The position numbers and the translations under genes were made by a program. The notes beneath the pieces were generated by a model. The model was not told where the DNA came from, did not search any database, and was given only the letters and a program-made list of their open reading frames with translations. DNA of 63,814 bases, counting the filler, from Phoronis australis (lineage: Eukaryota > Animalia > Phoronida): NCBI GenBank assembly GCA_002633005.1. It is 5 parts of 5 records of this genome, joined end to end, with 100 filler letters (N's around TTAATTAATTAA, not from the genome) between each part and the next. Parts side by side here need not be neighbours in the genome. Positions count along the whole stretch, not along the records: positions 36,595 to 56,342 come from NMRA01000908.1; 4 more parts are not named here. One strand, 5' to 3'. Positions 36,621-49,099 of the stretch are shown here, in pieces. Within the stretch, counting starts at the first letter, position 1. Every line of letters begins with the position of its first letter.

Positions 36621-39600
36621 GTACGTACTTTGTCTTTCTCATTCTGTTCGCGATGTAATTTGTTGAAGAAAAACTTGATGGGATACAAATGTTGCGTGGT
36701 CTTGGTGGGGTTGAGTAATATGAAATTCACTTACTTGTGTCGTGGAAGTATCCAACGTCCTTGGTTTGGATACATGGTGGGTTTAAGTGCCCACGTATAC
36801 ACGCAAGGGAAAATATTGCTGTCATCTCTCTATGGCTGGTAAGTCCATTTACAAAACTTTGATGATATGTTAGTATGAAGGTGGGGATGTCGACTGGTAG
36901 TTTTCGAATGGCTCCTTATGTGTGCCTTCTTTTCGCAGTTATAGTATTTTGGTGTCTGTCTCTGTGTCTGTCAAGGATTTAAAGGATCATTGTCAACTGT
37001 GGCAGGTTTGGCTTACATGTTAAATTTTTTTTGCTGGATGTGAATACCGCTGTGTCCCAGTGACAATAATATCCTTTGTACCTATCTCAATATCTACCAG
37101 GTTCAATACAGATAATTTTTCCGTGAAGAAACCATGGTAAGGGCCATGGGAAGGAAATTTGTACCACAGGCTTTAGGCTTGCTGTTACAGGATTTGTGTT
37201 TAGGGCTGTTCCAGCAAAATCTGTGTGGGAGGGGGGGAAAGGCAACTGAAATAAAAATTTATGGGTGGTTGCGTTTGATTTAAATTCAAAATGGCTGGTG
37301 GTCGTACTTCAAGAAAATTAAAATTTACTGGTCGTTGTTGTTTCATTGGGACATAAATGTTTGATGGTGGGTAATTTTAGTAAATTTTATAAACAATCCG
37401 CACAGATTCAAAAACTGAAACAAAAATGCAACTTGCAAAAAGCTCCAACTTTTTCACTCCCTCCGATCTCCTCATCCGCATGCCCATAACACCATTTAAC
37501 CACAGGTGCTCGAATTTGTCGATGGCTAATAACCACATATAAGAAACATATGTTTTCTTAGTAATGAATGAAGTTAGTGGTGATGGAGGAACAGATAAAC
37601 TCAAGCGCCTGTGCAGTCAACCACAAGAACAAAAAAAAAATACGGGTGGTTGCATTTCAAACTTATAAAAAATCATGGGTGGTAGGCTGAAGAAATAAAT
37701 GAAAAATATGGGTGGTGGGTGCGAAAAAAGGTGCCTTCCCCCCCTCCCATACAGATTTTACTGGAACAGCCCTTAAGGGATCGGTGCTCTGATTTAGAAG
37801 CATGGGGCACGTTTCAAAAAAAAAACTGACGTAGCTAAGACAAATCGCAAATTTCCGTCAATTTTTAAACAAAACTTAAAGTCATGTCAAATCTGTTTCA
37901 AGAAAGAGATCTTAAGTTTGACTTACTGGATGTAAAAGTTTCAAAGTTTGGAAGTTGAGCCAAATCTTAGACTTAAGTAAAAAATGAACTTAAGTCAGTT
38001 TCTTGGAACGGACCCCTGGTCTTGGAATCATCTCCATCACATGGTGGGCACACATCAGCACTGTTGCTCTTGTTATATATATATACCGATTCTCTGACCT
38101 TTTGCAAATACTGGCTGCTTTAGCTAAAAGTATTTTCAAGGCACTTAACATCAGCTTTTCACATGTGAATTTCTGCTTCAGGATCTCAACAGGACGTAGA
38201 TTGCCGGTCAACGGTTGCCGAGCTGACGGCGCAGTTGCCTGCACACCATCGCTCCACGCTACTGCACCTGATGAACCACTTCTGTCGGCTATGCCAGCAC
38301 CAGGTGGCAGCAGGCAAGACAGACCCGCCCACCAAGCTGGCTCACGTCTTTTGTCACATTTTGCTGCGGCCGCCATGGGAGAACATTGTGTAAGTGGACG
38401 GTGGTTTAGATGAGGGTGTGAGCTGGAGGGTGTGGGGGTTAGAGGGAGGGGGTGGTNNNNNNNNNNNNNNNNNNNNNNATGGGATGGAAAGGAGCTGGGA
38501 GTTTGACTTGGCTGGATATGAGAAGGTGAAAGGGGTGGTGTGGAGATCAGGGGTGGGGTGAAGGGGATGGTGTGGGGATGAGGTGAATGGAGGGCGAAAG
38601 GGGATATAATATGTATACTTTTTGAGGTATTATGTTGTAGATTGTCTTGGAGATGAGTGGATGGAATGGGTGGAGGGGGACACGTCTACTTTGAGATTTT
38701 ATTGGTATTTGTGGACTGTAGGACGAGTATCTGGGGGAGTTGGGCAGAAGGAGCTTTGTGAAGAAGAGATACATGTGTTTTATACCATTACAAGTGAAGC
38801 TCAATCTTGCATTTAAACTGTTTTTGTATGGCAACGTGTATTTTTTAATGTTACGGTACGAGTTACTCAGTTTACTAAACCTTGGTGGGGGATTTGATGG
38901 ATCGCTTCTGGAAAGGGGTATTGAATTTGCTTTTAAGAGTCCTGACGATATCCGGTGTGCTCGCTTGTTCATGTGGCATGGGTTTGAATGTACGTTTTTT
39001 CTCTCGGCAGACAAATTGTACACAATACCGAGCATCACATCAAAGTGTTTGAAAGCCTACTATACAGTGGCCAGTGGGATGAGAAGTTACCGCAGTTCAC
39101 AAAAGCACCTGGTGAGTTGACCTACTTTGGATGTTATTGAGGCAATTCCCATGGCAATGATTATTTAGATAGGACTGCAAAGGCTGTCTATTTCGTAATG
39201 AGTGGTATTGTTTTTGGTGTGTTATCAGTATTGTTAGGTTTCAGGGAATTTATGATGTATGTTACTGAGGTTAGATATTGTTTAGTTCAATGGTTTGTCT
39301 CAGAACACATGTGAAAATGCATCATATCCACTTGGCATGATAGTGTTCATGTTAAGTATCATTTGTCCACATAGATCTGCCACCGCGTATACGCACAAAT
39401 ACGGAGCCGATTGAAAATGCCTACACAACGTTGAATAACAACAACAGCATTCTGCCAGTTGGAGGCGACGCACAGAAACTGGAGGAGGCAGAGTGGTACT
39501 GGGGAAACATCACAAGGTAAGGGTGATATCAATACAATAGGTGCGCTATCAATACAATAGAGGCGTTATCAGAACAATGTTGCAAAGCATGGCTTATGTA

Positions 39601-42600
39601 GGGAATTGTGGGCAGTGTTGCAAGGTGTGAAAGATTATTGCAAGTCGTGGGTAATATTGCTAGGTATGGGCCCTTTTAATTCCACTGCTGAATGAGCGTG
39701 CTTTGGTAGGCAATGCAAATTTCCGAAAGGGTCCCACCACGTTTTTATTAAAGATCCCGCCGGGGCTTTTTGTGGATGTAGAATCACTTTTACAAAGTGG
39801 ATGGTAGTTTGATTTGGTGCCTGAAAAAAGCACTCCGATGTACATTTATGTATAAAAGGATCAGAGACTCCGTCGTTCTTCCCTGACTGACCCAGATTCT
39901 TGATGCTCTCCACAGGGAAGAGGTCAATGATAAATTCAAGGACGCCTCAGATGGCACTTTCCTGGTGCGAAACGCTGTCTCACACGGAGACTACACTCTG
40001 ACACTGAGGTAAGTGGCTATCACTGGACCCTCACTCTTGCACACTGTTCTGTTACTGTTGACAAAAGCTCAGTTGTATTGCTACAAATGTTCAGAATTTT
40101 GCTTGAACAGAAAATTAAATTTTCTTTCTTGTTGAGTTTTGTTGTGACTAGCCTTGGTAAAGATGTTGTGAATAAGTCTTTTCCTGATGTTGGTACCAGA
40201 GCTTGGATCTTTCCTCTTGTAAGAGGATTTCCTCTTTTTTGGTTTCAATTTCTTCTTGATTTCCAGTTTATTCTTTTTTCTTCTCTTATCATTATTTTGA
40301 CTTTATTCTTGCAAAAACGTTTATTTCAGTTAAACTTTACAACACAAAGAATATTGCTATCACACGAGCCTATTTGTGGAATGATACATCACCTGGAAAA
40401 TTTCCTCTTTTTTGTCATTGGCCATTCCAAGACCTGTGGTACACTATGCACAAATATATGATGTGATACTCATTTCATACCATAATTCACTTTGCATGTG
40501 AGCACTTGTTCAGAGGCACACTATTGTAACAACGGTCGCGCTCGTTATTTCTTTACAGAAAAGGTGGAAGTAACAAATTGATCAAGATCTTTCAGCGAGA
40601 TGGCAAGTTTGGTTTCGTCGAGCCCTACCCGTTCTCGTCAGTGATGGAACTGATCAACCACTATCGCACACACTCCCTGGCCCAATACAACAAGACCCTG
40701 GACGTCACGCTCAAGTTCCCCATATCACGGTTCCAGCAGGTAAGACCCCGTGCAGGGCGCTGCTTCCATCTTTTCCACCAGGTTTTCCTATAGCTTAGTG
40801 CATATTAAGATGTTTTCTGTTTTGTGATAGAGTCACCTCCTTATTTGGCGCAAGTCACTTAGTTGGGTATTGTGTTTGTGTCATTTTGTTGTGTGAAATG
40901 TTGTAGAAAATAAGCAAAGTCCATTGTTGAGAACTATTCTGTGTTTAATTGTAGCAGTATATTAACTTTTCACTCGCTGAAGGTTCACTTGCAGCTGAAG
41001 TCAACATCTGAAATGACTACGTCAGTTTCCTCCCATTTTAACCGTACATGGGTGTCTCACTTTAAGACGTTGTCATTGGTCTATCTGGGCAGTGATTGAC
41101 AGCTTGTCTATTTGGCTAGGTTGATGAGGAGAATGAGAGCAGTGATATGCTATGGACCAAGCTACAGACCATTAACCTGAGTTACCTGAAGAAAACCCTG
41201 GACTACGACAAGCTGTATGAAGACCACTCTCAGATGTCGCAGGTGAGTTTCTCGCTGTTAGGACATTTACATGCTGTGTCTTTTGAAGTACAGTACAATC
41301 CAAAATTGGTCTGGCAAAATGACTTGAAATTCTTTGTCGTGGCGACTGGGCGGTTATCGTCGGAGTAATTTTCCCTCATGACCGAGAATGAAGGGGAATC
41401 GACAGGAAAGTTGGCAAGTCATGTTGTAATTTGTCATTACCAATCATTTTGCTGTGAACAGAATTAGGTGTTATGGCATTTTGTCTGATTACTTTTGGCT
41501 TCTACCGTACCGAAGTTGTTGCTGGCGCACCAAAAATGAACCTCTGACGTGAGATTGACTTGTGTCGGTTGAGCCTTTAGTACTGTTCATCTCACCTTGC
41601 GTTCACCTCATTTGTCGTTCGGCTCACCTGTTGTTACTGTCCCCGGCAGGAGATTCAACTGAAGCATCAAGCTCTTGAGGCCTTCCAGGAGACAGTGCAC
41701 GTGTTCGAGGAGCAGATGAAACTACATGAGCAGTTCAAGACACAGGCGGCCAGTGGTGAGATGATTAAGTAAGTACCGTTATTGCTGCTAGTTATTTCCA
41801 TCTTGAGTTCTTCGATTGTCTCGTTTGTTTACGTGCAGGTTGAATTATGGCAGGTTGGCAGCGCAATACTTAAGAAATGAGGTTAAACATGAAATAAGTA
41901 ACCACAGGTTCAACAGTTTATCAGTAAAGTATATACATGCATAGAATAAGTCAGGGCTTGGAATTTTCCGCGGAAACGCGGATTTCCGCTTTTTTCAAAT
42001 GTGCTTTCCGCTGTTTTTATAATATTTCCGCTTAAAAAAATCGGATTTGATATAAAATTTCCGCGGCAAATGCCTTTCTTACCGCGGCGTTGCAGATGAC
42101 GTTCACCTCGAAAAACGGAAGTTGCTCTTTATGTTTCGGAGGAACGTAAAATGTCAACATTGCCGGGGCATCTGGGACAGCGTGGTGGGATTTTCAATGG
42201 CGTCTCGTGTTATTGGGAGGCGCGGCGACAAATACTACGGCTCTGCAGCCAAAAATGTGTTGGTTGGGAGGGGACGGGCGAGCTAAAAGGACGCAGACAC
42301 ATGCTACTGATGGTGGTAACTTTTTTTTTTTAGTCCTCCCGATTTTTGTCGCGGAAAGGTTCACATTGACCATTTCAAGGCTGGTTATTTGGGCCGTAAA
42401 AGTTTCAAAGTTTCCGCGTTTTTTGTCATTGGTCATTCCAAGCCCTGATAAGTAAACGCAGGTATGACTGACACAGTTTATGAGTGAAATGTACTAACAC
42501 ACGAAATAGGTAACCACAAGTAGGCAACGTATGAGTAAACAATTACAAAATAGGTAGAATGTCTGTCTAGTGATTCAGGTTTCACTGGTGTCTACGTCTA

Positions 42601-45600
42601 TAAAGGATTTATGATAAGATTGTGACTTTGAGCTATGCAACATTAAGATTATTTGACTTTGGGTCAGTGTCATTCTCACATACATGTTAGCATATATGGT
42701 ATCATCCAGTAGGTGGGGCTGTGGTTGTTATACGCTAGGACGTTAGTGTCGCTGGAGGGCTACAGTGTTTACGATGTTTACAGTCATTTAAACTTAAATC
42801 TCCAGAGAGATGAGACAGGCACTTGATATTACAGTTAATTACCCAACTACATCATCTCGCTAAGGCGAAATGTCCAACTCTGCAGTTATTTTGCTAAATA
42901 TGACACAATTTCTGTTCCTAACTAAGTTAGACTAAAAATCTTGAATAAGATGCTTCTGACCAGGATTCAGGTTTCGTATCAACTAGCCGCCATTTTGTAG
43001 TTATTATTGTATGCAATAGTAACACGAATGCGATCATGATATGCGCCATCGTTTCGTTTGCTTTAATGCCGTGATATGATGCAACACGTGCTCGCACTCC
43101 CTCTAGTATCATGTCCACTTTGCCCGGTAGGCTGCATGAAAACTACACGCTTCTGACGCAGCGGCTGGATGGCATCATGGAGAGTAAAAGTCAGTTGGAG
43201 AATGACCTACAGCAACAGATGGCCGAGAACAGGAAGACCATTGCCATTATGAACAGCCTGAAGCCAGAGATTAAGTCTCACTTCAGGGCCAGGGAGAACT
43301 ATATCAAGTGAGTCCTGCCGTCATATTAATACGGTGAAATCTTTCCAATTTCAGAACGAAATATTCTTATCTGAAATTTTTTTCATTTTTCAGCAGTTTT
43401 TCCAAGTATTGTTGAGTGACAGCTATGATACAGAAGTTGAATAGGTTAACAAGCTTATTGTGTGCAAGAATACGTTCTATGAATTTTTAAATAACGTAGA
43501 AAATAAATCCGAAACTAAAAGAGGCGATCCAGATCCTCTAAAGGATACACTTGTGTGTCGAAAAGTAGAATAAATATATGTAAATAAAACAACAAAAATA
43601 GATCACTGAAATTTTCGGATATAATATCATCCTTTGTCAACAGAAACAGAAATAAAGTAAAATCAAGAACTATATAATAATTGACATCTGATATATGGCG
43701 CAATGAGCATGATACATTGTTGCGGAAAAAAGTAAAGGATATGATTAATGAATTTTTAAAAATTAAATGAAAGGCAAGGATTATTTTTAGTGATTCAACT
43801 GAGGACATTTCTAGATATTTTTATTATTTTTAGATCTTTAATGGATCGCGGCGAACAACGGGTGAGAATAGACAAAGTGCTAGAAGAGATGGAGAAATCT
43901 GGAGATCTCTCTGAAGACAGCAGTGCAATTTACGTGAGGTGAGGCTTCCATGAGTGTTCCTTGAAGTTGGTCTGGCTGAATGATTCGGTCCCAGGAATTA
44001 AAATTACTTATTTTTTGGAATACACGAAGCAATAGATGTGAGAGGAGCTGACTGGCTGTTAATGCGTCCAACCAGGATCAATAATTTGCTAGTCATAGCG
44101 AGTTAATTTCAATTTCAGTTTAAACGAAGGACAAAAATATCGCTTGGAAACAGAAACATATGCCAGTGTAGAAGGTCGATGTTTTTAGCACTGGAACGTG
44201 GTTCATAGAGGGCCTTAGTTATTTTTTCGTCTAGAGAAACTTGTTCCGACTGCGGTATGACGAGACGTCTCTCTGCTTGGTGGTGTGTACCTCTGAGCCA
44301 TGGGACTAAATACTAAATCTTTTTGTGAATAAATATAGTCCTGTCTATGCTGATATACTCTGCTTCCTAGCTTCTTACATGCCTGATTTTGATGTATTCA
44401 GTAGGGGCAATGCTGTGCAGAGCATGGAGATGCCTATCCCGCACTACGACACGAATTCCTGGTTCGTCAACTGCACGCGTCAAGCGGCTGAACAAATGCT
44501 ACACGACAAGCAGGACGGCACGTTCCTCATACGGCCCGCGAGCAAGCCCGGTTGTTACGCCCTCTCTGTTAAGTAAGTGTCGAAGGGTGTTGAAATACGG
44601 AAGTCTTGTCAGTGTTGCGTGGGTCTGAAGGTGTGTTTTGTTATCTGTGAACCAACGCCAGTTTACACAGTCTGGATACTGCAGAAGGTTTTTGTTATAA
44701 AATTGCAATTCAAGGTGAAAGGTTTCACTTGTCGACACGTTATTCCCAGGAGAATGAATGTCTGTGGAAGTCCCTTTCATGCACACATGGGCGTGCGAGC
44801 ACACGCGCACATACACACGCGCTCATAAACACGTAGTGTATTAGTAGTAGGTTCTAAAAAGAAGATAATAAAGCCATTCTTAAAATATCTCAGGTTTCCG
44901 CTTGCACTACCCTCATTCCTCTGAAATGAGTGGTGAGTGGGTAGGTAAAATAATTTTTCTTCATGGTGTCTGGCACTCTCGTGGTTGTTACAAAATGTAT
45001 GTGATTTTGACTGCTTAAAAAAGTTGTTTTGGAAATGGCAAAGAAAAATTGCGTTCATGTTTTACTATCATTCACGTGGGAGGAAGTGGACTTTATCTTA
45101 AGATATGCAAAAGCTCCTTTGGCAATTGCTATATTATTGCGGTAGAATTGGGTCAATTTAGGACACCTTATGTTGTCAAACGAGCATTTTGTAAAACAAA
45201 GCAAGCCTTTTGAAAAATGGAAACATTGTAATTTTAGCATTTAGCATATTGTATTTGTGTCGGTATGTGTTTGTCACGTAACCACATTGTTAGAGCACTT
45301 GTATTGTATTTACAAACCATTATTACTATGGTCTACCCAGCTAATCAATGAGCATGCCTGCATTTTGAGAAAACCTGAAGTTCCCTGTGACCAGCTCACG
45401 ATGTGTACATAGTTGTTTTTCCTTTGCTAGGGCTAACGGCAGGACAAACCACTGTGTCATCCACTCTAAGCAGTCTGGCTATGGCTTTGTCGAGCCATTC
45501 TTCTGTCACCAGACGCTGTTAGATCTAGTGTTGCACTACCGCGAGACGACGCTCGCCGACCACAACGACCAGCTGGACGTCTCATTGGCCGTACCGGTGA

Positions 45601-45629
45601 AGGCGTCTAGCTACCCCGGTTACCGTTAA
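36595..45629 (+). CDS. PIK3R1: Class IA PI3K regulatory subunit p85-like (RhoGAP/BH, nSH2, iSH2, cSH2); 5' exons missing, probably in the gap at 36495-36594
   Basis: Exons <36595-36620, 38182-38389, 39011-39111, 39375-39516, 39916-40008, 40559-40739, 41120-41242, 41650-41768, 43131-43307, 43834-43938, 44402-44572, 45431-45629, all phase-compatible. Diagnostic p85 motifs: [76 protein letters not shown]...[14 protein letters not shown]. Probably co-orthologous to PIK3R1/2/3. Confidence 0.95.
37203..37772. mobile_element. PIF/Harbinger (Tourist-like) MITE in a p85 intron
   Basis: ~40 bp TIR GGGCTGTTCCAGCAAAATCTGTGTGGGAGGGG / CCCCTCCCATACAGATTTTACTGGAACAGCCC; TTA TSD at 37200-02 and 37773-75; internal ATGGGTGGT repeats. 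Confidence 0.85.
37805..38015. mobile_element. Degenerate Harbinger-type MITE
   Basis: GGGCACGTTTC...AAACTGACGTA versus TAAGTCAGTTTCTTGGAACGGACCC; flanks ATG/CTG. Confidence 0.55.
38182..38389 (+). CDS. PIK3R1: p85 exon (RhoGAP/BH)
   Basis: [38 protein letters not shown]...[18 protein letters not shown]; cag|...|gtaagt. Confidence 0.9.
39011..39111 (+). CDS. PIK3R1: p85 exon (end of BH domain)
   Basis: [33 protein letters not shown]; cag|...|gtgagt. Confidence 0.88.
39375..39516 (+). CDS. PIK3R1: p85 exon (proline-rich linker and nSH2 start)
   Basis: LPPRIRT...[14 protein letters not shown](R). Confidence 0.92.
39916..40008 (+). CDS. PIK3R1: p85 exon (nSH2)
   Basis: [30 protein letters not shown](R). 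Confidence 0.95.
40559..40739 (+). CDS. PIK3R1: p85 exon (nSH2)
   Basis: [22 protein letters not shown]...[22 protein letters not shown]. Confidence 0.95.
41120..41242 (+). CDS. PIK3R1: p85 exon (iSH2)
   Basis: [41 protein letters not shown]. Confidence 0.92.
41650..41768 (+). CDS. PIK3R1: p85 exon (iSH2)
   Basis: [39 protein letters not shown](K). Confidence 0.92.
41952..42447. mobile_element. hAT-like MITE in a p85 intron
   Basis: Perfect 13-bp TIR CAGGGCTTGGAAT / ATTCCAAGCCCTG; subterminal TTTCCGC repeats; 6-bp direct repeat ATAAGT at 41946-51 and 42448-53. Confidence 0.85.
43131..43307 (+). CDS. PIK3R1: p85 exon (iSH2)
   Basis: [26 protein letters not shown]...[20 protein letters not shown](K). 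Confidence 0.92.
43834..43938 (+). CDS. PIK3R1: p85 exon (iSH2 end)
   Basis: [34 protein letters not shown](S); tttag|...AG|gtgagg. Confidence 0.82.
44402..44572 (+). CDS. PIK3R1: p85 exon (cSH2)
   Basis: [56 protein letters not shown](K); acceptor CAGTAG is ambiguous by 3 nt. Confidence 0.9.
45431..45629 (+). CDS. PIK3R1: p85 last coding exon (cSH2)
   Basis: [23 protein letters not shown]...[34 protein letters not shown]. Confidence 0.95.
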
Positions 45630-46711
45630 CTTCTGTAACGCAGCAGTGGCATCTAGTTGGAAATCGAATTGCAGAGAATCGGAATGCGGAATAGCTGCCC
45701 CAGTGCGGGTCACTAGGACGGTCGGCCCAGGAAGAGTGCGGTATACTGCAGCAAACCCAGTTAGCTGCTGCACGAGAATTCATCATCGTCATCGTTACTA
45801 TCATTTTTTCATCAAGCACGTCATGTCATTGTTATGAGTTTTCTAATATTGTTTTACTGATTGTGATTGTTATTGATTTCGAAAGTTTATTCAGTATTGC
45901 TTGCTTTGTTCACCGCTTCGTGCTATTCGACAATGCAGCAGTTTCGTTCCTCGTTCCTTTCAGCTGGCCAGTATTTGGCGGCCGCAAGGAATTTTGGGGA
46001 ATCTCAGGTGAAATATATTGTTGCCAAAATGAAAACCATATTGCCTAACATGAGGTTTTTGGAAGTCGTGTATAAAAACGCTTGTACCTCGTTAATTTGT
46101 ACTACATTCTTGTAATGCATCAAATTGCGTTATGGGTATTTGTAATGCTGCGATTTGTCAAAAGGTAGCTTATCGGACAGGTATAGCGATGACATCTGGT
46201 GACTGTACATCTGCAGTCTTGGTTTTATTTTCAGAGTTGTCTTTGTAGATTAGTTCTCCAGGTTACTCGTCTTGCTGTATGAGTAAAATCTGTAGTATCT
46301 TTCCTGTTTGGTGATGAAACCATTCTAGCATAGAAATTGAAGTGTGTATATTTGTGTGTGCAGAGAAATTAGTTTGTAGCATGTTTTTTCCACTCAGATG
46401 TCGATCAGTTTATTCAAGTTGCGATAAAACTTCCATTTTGAACTCAAGTGCCAGAACTGAAACCCTAGTTTTTTAAGAAAATGATACAAAAATTCCAATT
46501 CGTTCTTAGCACCACGAAATGCTGAAATTTTAGAAACGGAAATGACAACTTTTTTTCAATTAATTTGTTTGAATTTGGTAAAACTTTACCTTGTCTGCTC
46601 ATGGGCACCAATGTTGGGTCGGGTATGAATATTTCTGGAATGAGTCATCGCTGTAAGATGCTACTGAACGAAGGCTCAAATATTATTTCTGCTAGGCCAG
46701 TTGTCTCATCA

Positions 46712-47046
46712 TTAGTTGTTGGGAAGCCAGAAAATTCTTTGTTTTTACTCTTAATTATTTTGTATTCAGATGTCATCATTGGTTGTAATTGCTGTCGCAT
46801 AGTGTATTCTTAGTCACGTGTTTGTGGTTCAGTATTGGCCCGAGTCACAGTCTGTACGCTTCTGTTTAGTGCTTAGGTNTTAGTTGTTGGGAAGCCAGAA
46901 AATTCTTTGTTTTTACTCTTAATTATTTTGTATTCAGATGTCATCATTGGTTGTAGTTGCTGTCGCATTGTGTATTCTTAGACACGTGTTTGTGGTTCAG
47001 TATTGGCCCGAGTCACAGTCTGTACGCTTCTGTTTAGTGCTTAGGT
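46712..47046. repeat. 167-bp direct duplication split by a single N (probable haplotype/assembly overlap)
   Basis: 46712-46878 versus 46880-47046, three substitutions. Confidence 0.8.
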
Positions 47047-47890
47047 GGTGCTGATGATTAATGTGTACAGTTCCCTGTTTCGCGTTTTGAGTTACCAATT
47101 GTCAGATTCGGATTTGTGTGTTGGAATACCCCTTCTGTCTGCCGAAGTTTGGAAAACTATTGTATGATTGTCGGCTTGGCGAGATGTTTACCGTGTCTGA
47201 ATTTTACTCTGCCTGTAAATACCTGAATTTCAGTTTTGTATAAGTGCCTGATCAGTATTCGTTTTGGTGATAGCTTCCCCAAGACAAGTTCATCAACATG
47301 TATAATTTGCAGAATGCAATACTTAAGAATCCTAAATAATGTAGCTCAATTTCGCACAGTGCCATTTTTGAGTCATGATGGAAGCCCATTTTGTAAACCT
47401 CTCACGAGATGTTCAGTGGGCGGTAATACAGAAATAAGCACCGTTGTAGGCACGTTATGTATGACTCATGGTCTCATAGGACGATTGACTCCCGACGCCA
47501 CCTAGTAGTAGATGCCTCAGCTCAATGTTTTCAATGATACTGGGATATACTTTGTTGATATGCCTTGTGTGTTGAATGAAGGAAGGAATTACGCGGTGGT
47601 TTGTTCAAGATTGGCTGATTTCTAGTTATATTGGAGTCAAAAATAGTCCTCAATCCAATGTGTTCACTATCAAAGTGGACGATTTGTCAAAATGTTGTTG
47701 TTATTCGAGTCTGTGATTTAAGGTTTAAGTGCAGGTGAAAAATTGTTTGTATACATTTTTGTGAAGTGGTGTCCAGGTACAAATGAAAGTCCAGTTCATT
47801 GAGTTTTCAATAGTGTCTGGTCAACTAGCAAGACTCCGAGTTTCAGTTAAGTATCTGCTAACTCATACTGATTATGAATAATACACTGGT

Positions 47891-48025
47891 CTACTGTTGA
47901 GCGACCTACTGTTGATCGACTTACTGTTGATCAACCTACCGTTGATGGATCTACTGTTGATCGATCTACTGTTGATTGATCTACTGTTGATCAATCTACT
48001 GTTGATTGATCTAGTGTTGATCAAC
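47891..48025. repeat. 15-bp tandem repeat, ~9 copies
   Basis: CTACTGTTGA(T/G)(C/T)GA(T/C) units. Confidence 0.9.
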
Positions 48026-48794
48026 AGTTTTCTCATTATGGAGCTGTAGTAGCTACATTGTACTAAACTTACAGAGTAGAAGACTGCTACCAGGTAGTGT
48101 TGTGTTTTTCATTTGTCAGAACTCTGAATGTTCGGTGTGATGTGGAATGCACTAGCCGTTGTTGAGAGTCCACAGCTCTGCTATGTGTTAAAGAGGCATT
48201 TCCTTCTAACTTGCTGTCTAAATAATGCAAATTAAGCAATAGTCACAGGGGTGCCTGCATCTTGAGAACCAGTTTGACACCTGTAATTCAGTAGTCAAAA
48301 CTGGTTCTCTAAATGCCCTGCGCCTGCAAATTATCAACTGAGTTGCTTAGCCAAAAGCAATGACGAAATTCATCCAGTTCTTTCAAACTTTGTCTGCTTC
48401 AGTTTGCAGGTGTTCCTAAGCACTTCGTCTCTTATGTGGTGCTATCGTGGAAAGGAACGTTTTCTTATTTAGACATTAAATTAGAAGGTCGTGCAGGTCT
48501 AAAATATTCTCCATGACGTGAGGTGCTATGGTAGAGTCATGCTGTTAATATTCAGACTGACTCGTACTGTTCATGTCGCCAATCTTGTGTGTTTTAATAA
48601 GGTCTTGGATATCCTCTAAGATTACGTCATTATTGATCAATGTCTTTGAAATGAATAACAAACAATGTACAAACGTTTTAATTAGTTGTTTTGTTATGCC
48701 GTGCTGGCACGTTCGAGATATCGGTGGATTTGCAACGCATTTGTGTTTAAAAATTACTCTTTTTTGATTTCCCCAGTTAAAAATGAATTTCCTC

Positions 48795-48800
48795 AATAAA
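48795..48800 (+). terminator. Candidate polyadenylation signal ending a ~3.2 kb p85 3' UTR
   Basis: AATAAA after a long T/G-rich non-coding stretch from 45630; inference only. Confidence 0.35.
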
Positions 48801-49099
48801 AGTTTCAATTTTAAGCCTATTAAAACATGCTCTTATAAGAAACCAAATAAGCGTCATATTTCTAACAATAACTACGGATAAGATCTGAGAGCGATACCAG
48901 AAACAACACAAAAACCTCGGTAGTACTTATGTGTTCAATAAATACAGAAATATAAAACGGCCTGGCCTTTTGGGATTCTGTTCAGGGTACAATGCAGCTT
49001 AGCAATTACTCAGAGAAAAGGGTAACCCTTCTTTCATGATTTTGTTTTCGTGGGCATTCGTGGCCATACAAGTTTCATTGAATTTACCAGTCGGTCGCT

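Noticed and set aside
37990-39120. Overlapping 126-163 aa ORFs on both strands
   Set aside because: Shadow or out-of-frame readings of p85 exons and purine-rich intron sequence
46712-47046. Real tandem duplication in the 3' UTR
   Set aside because: Copies meet at a single N and differ by three SNP-like changes; typical unmerged haplotype overlap
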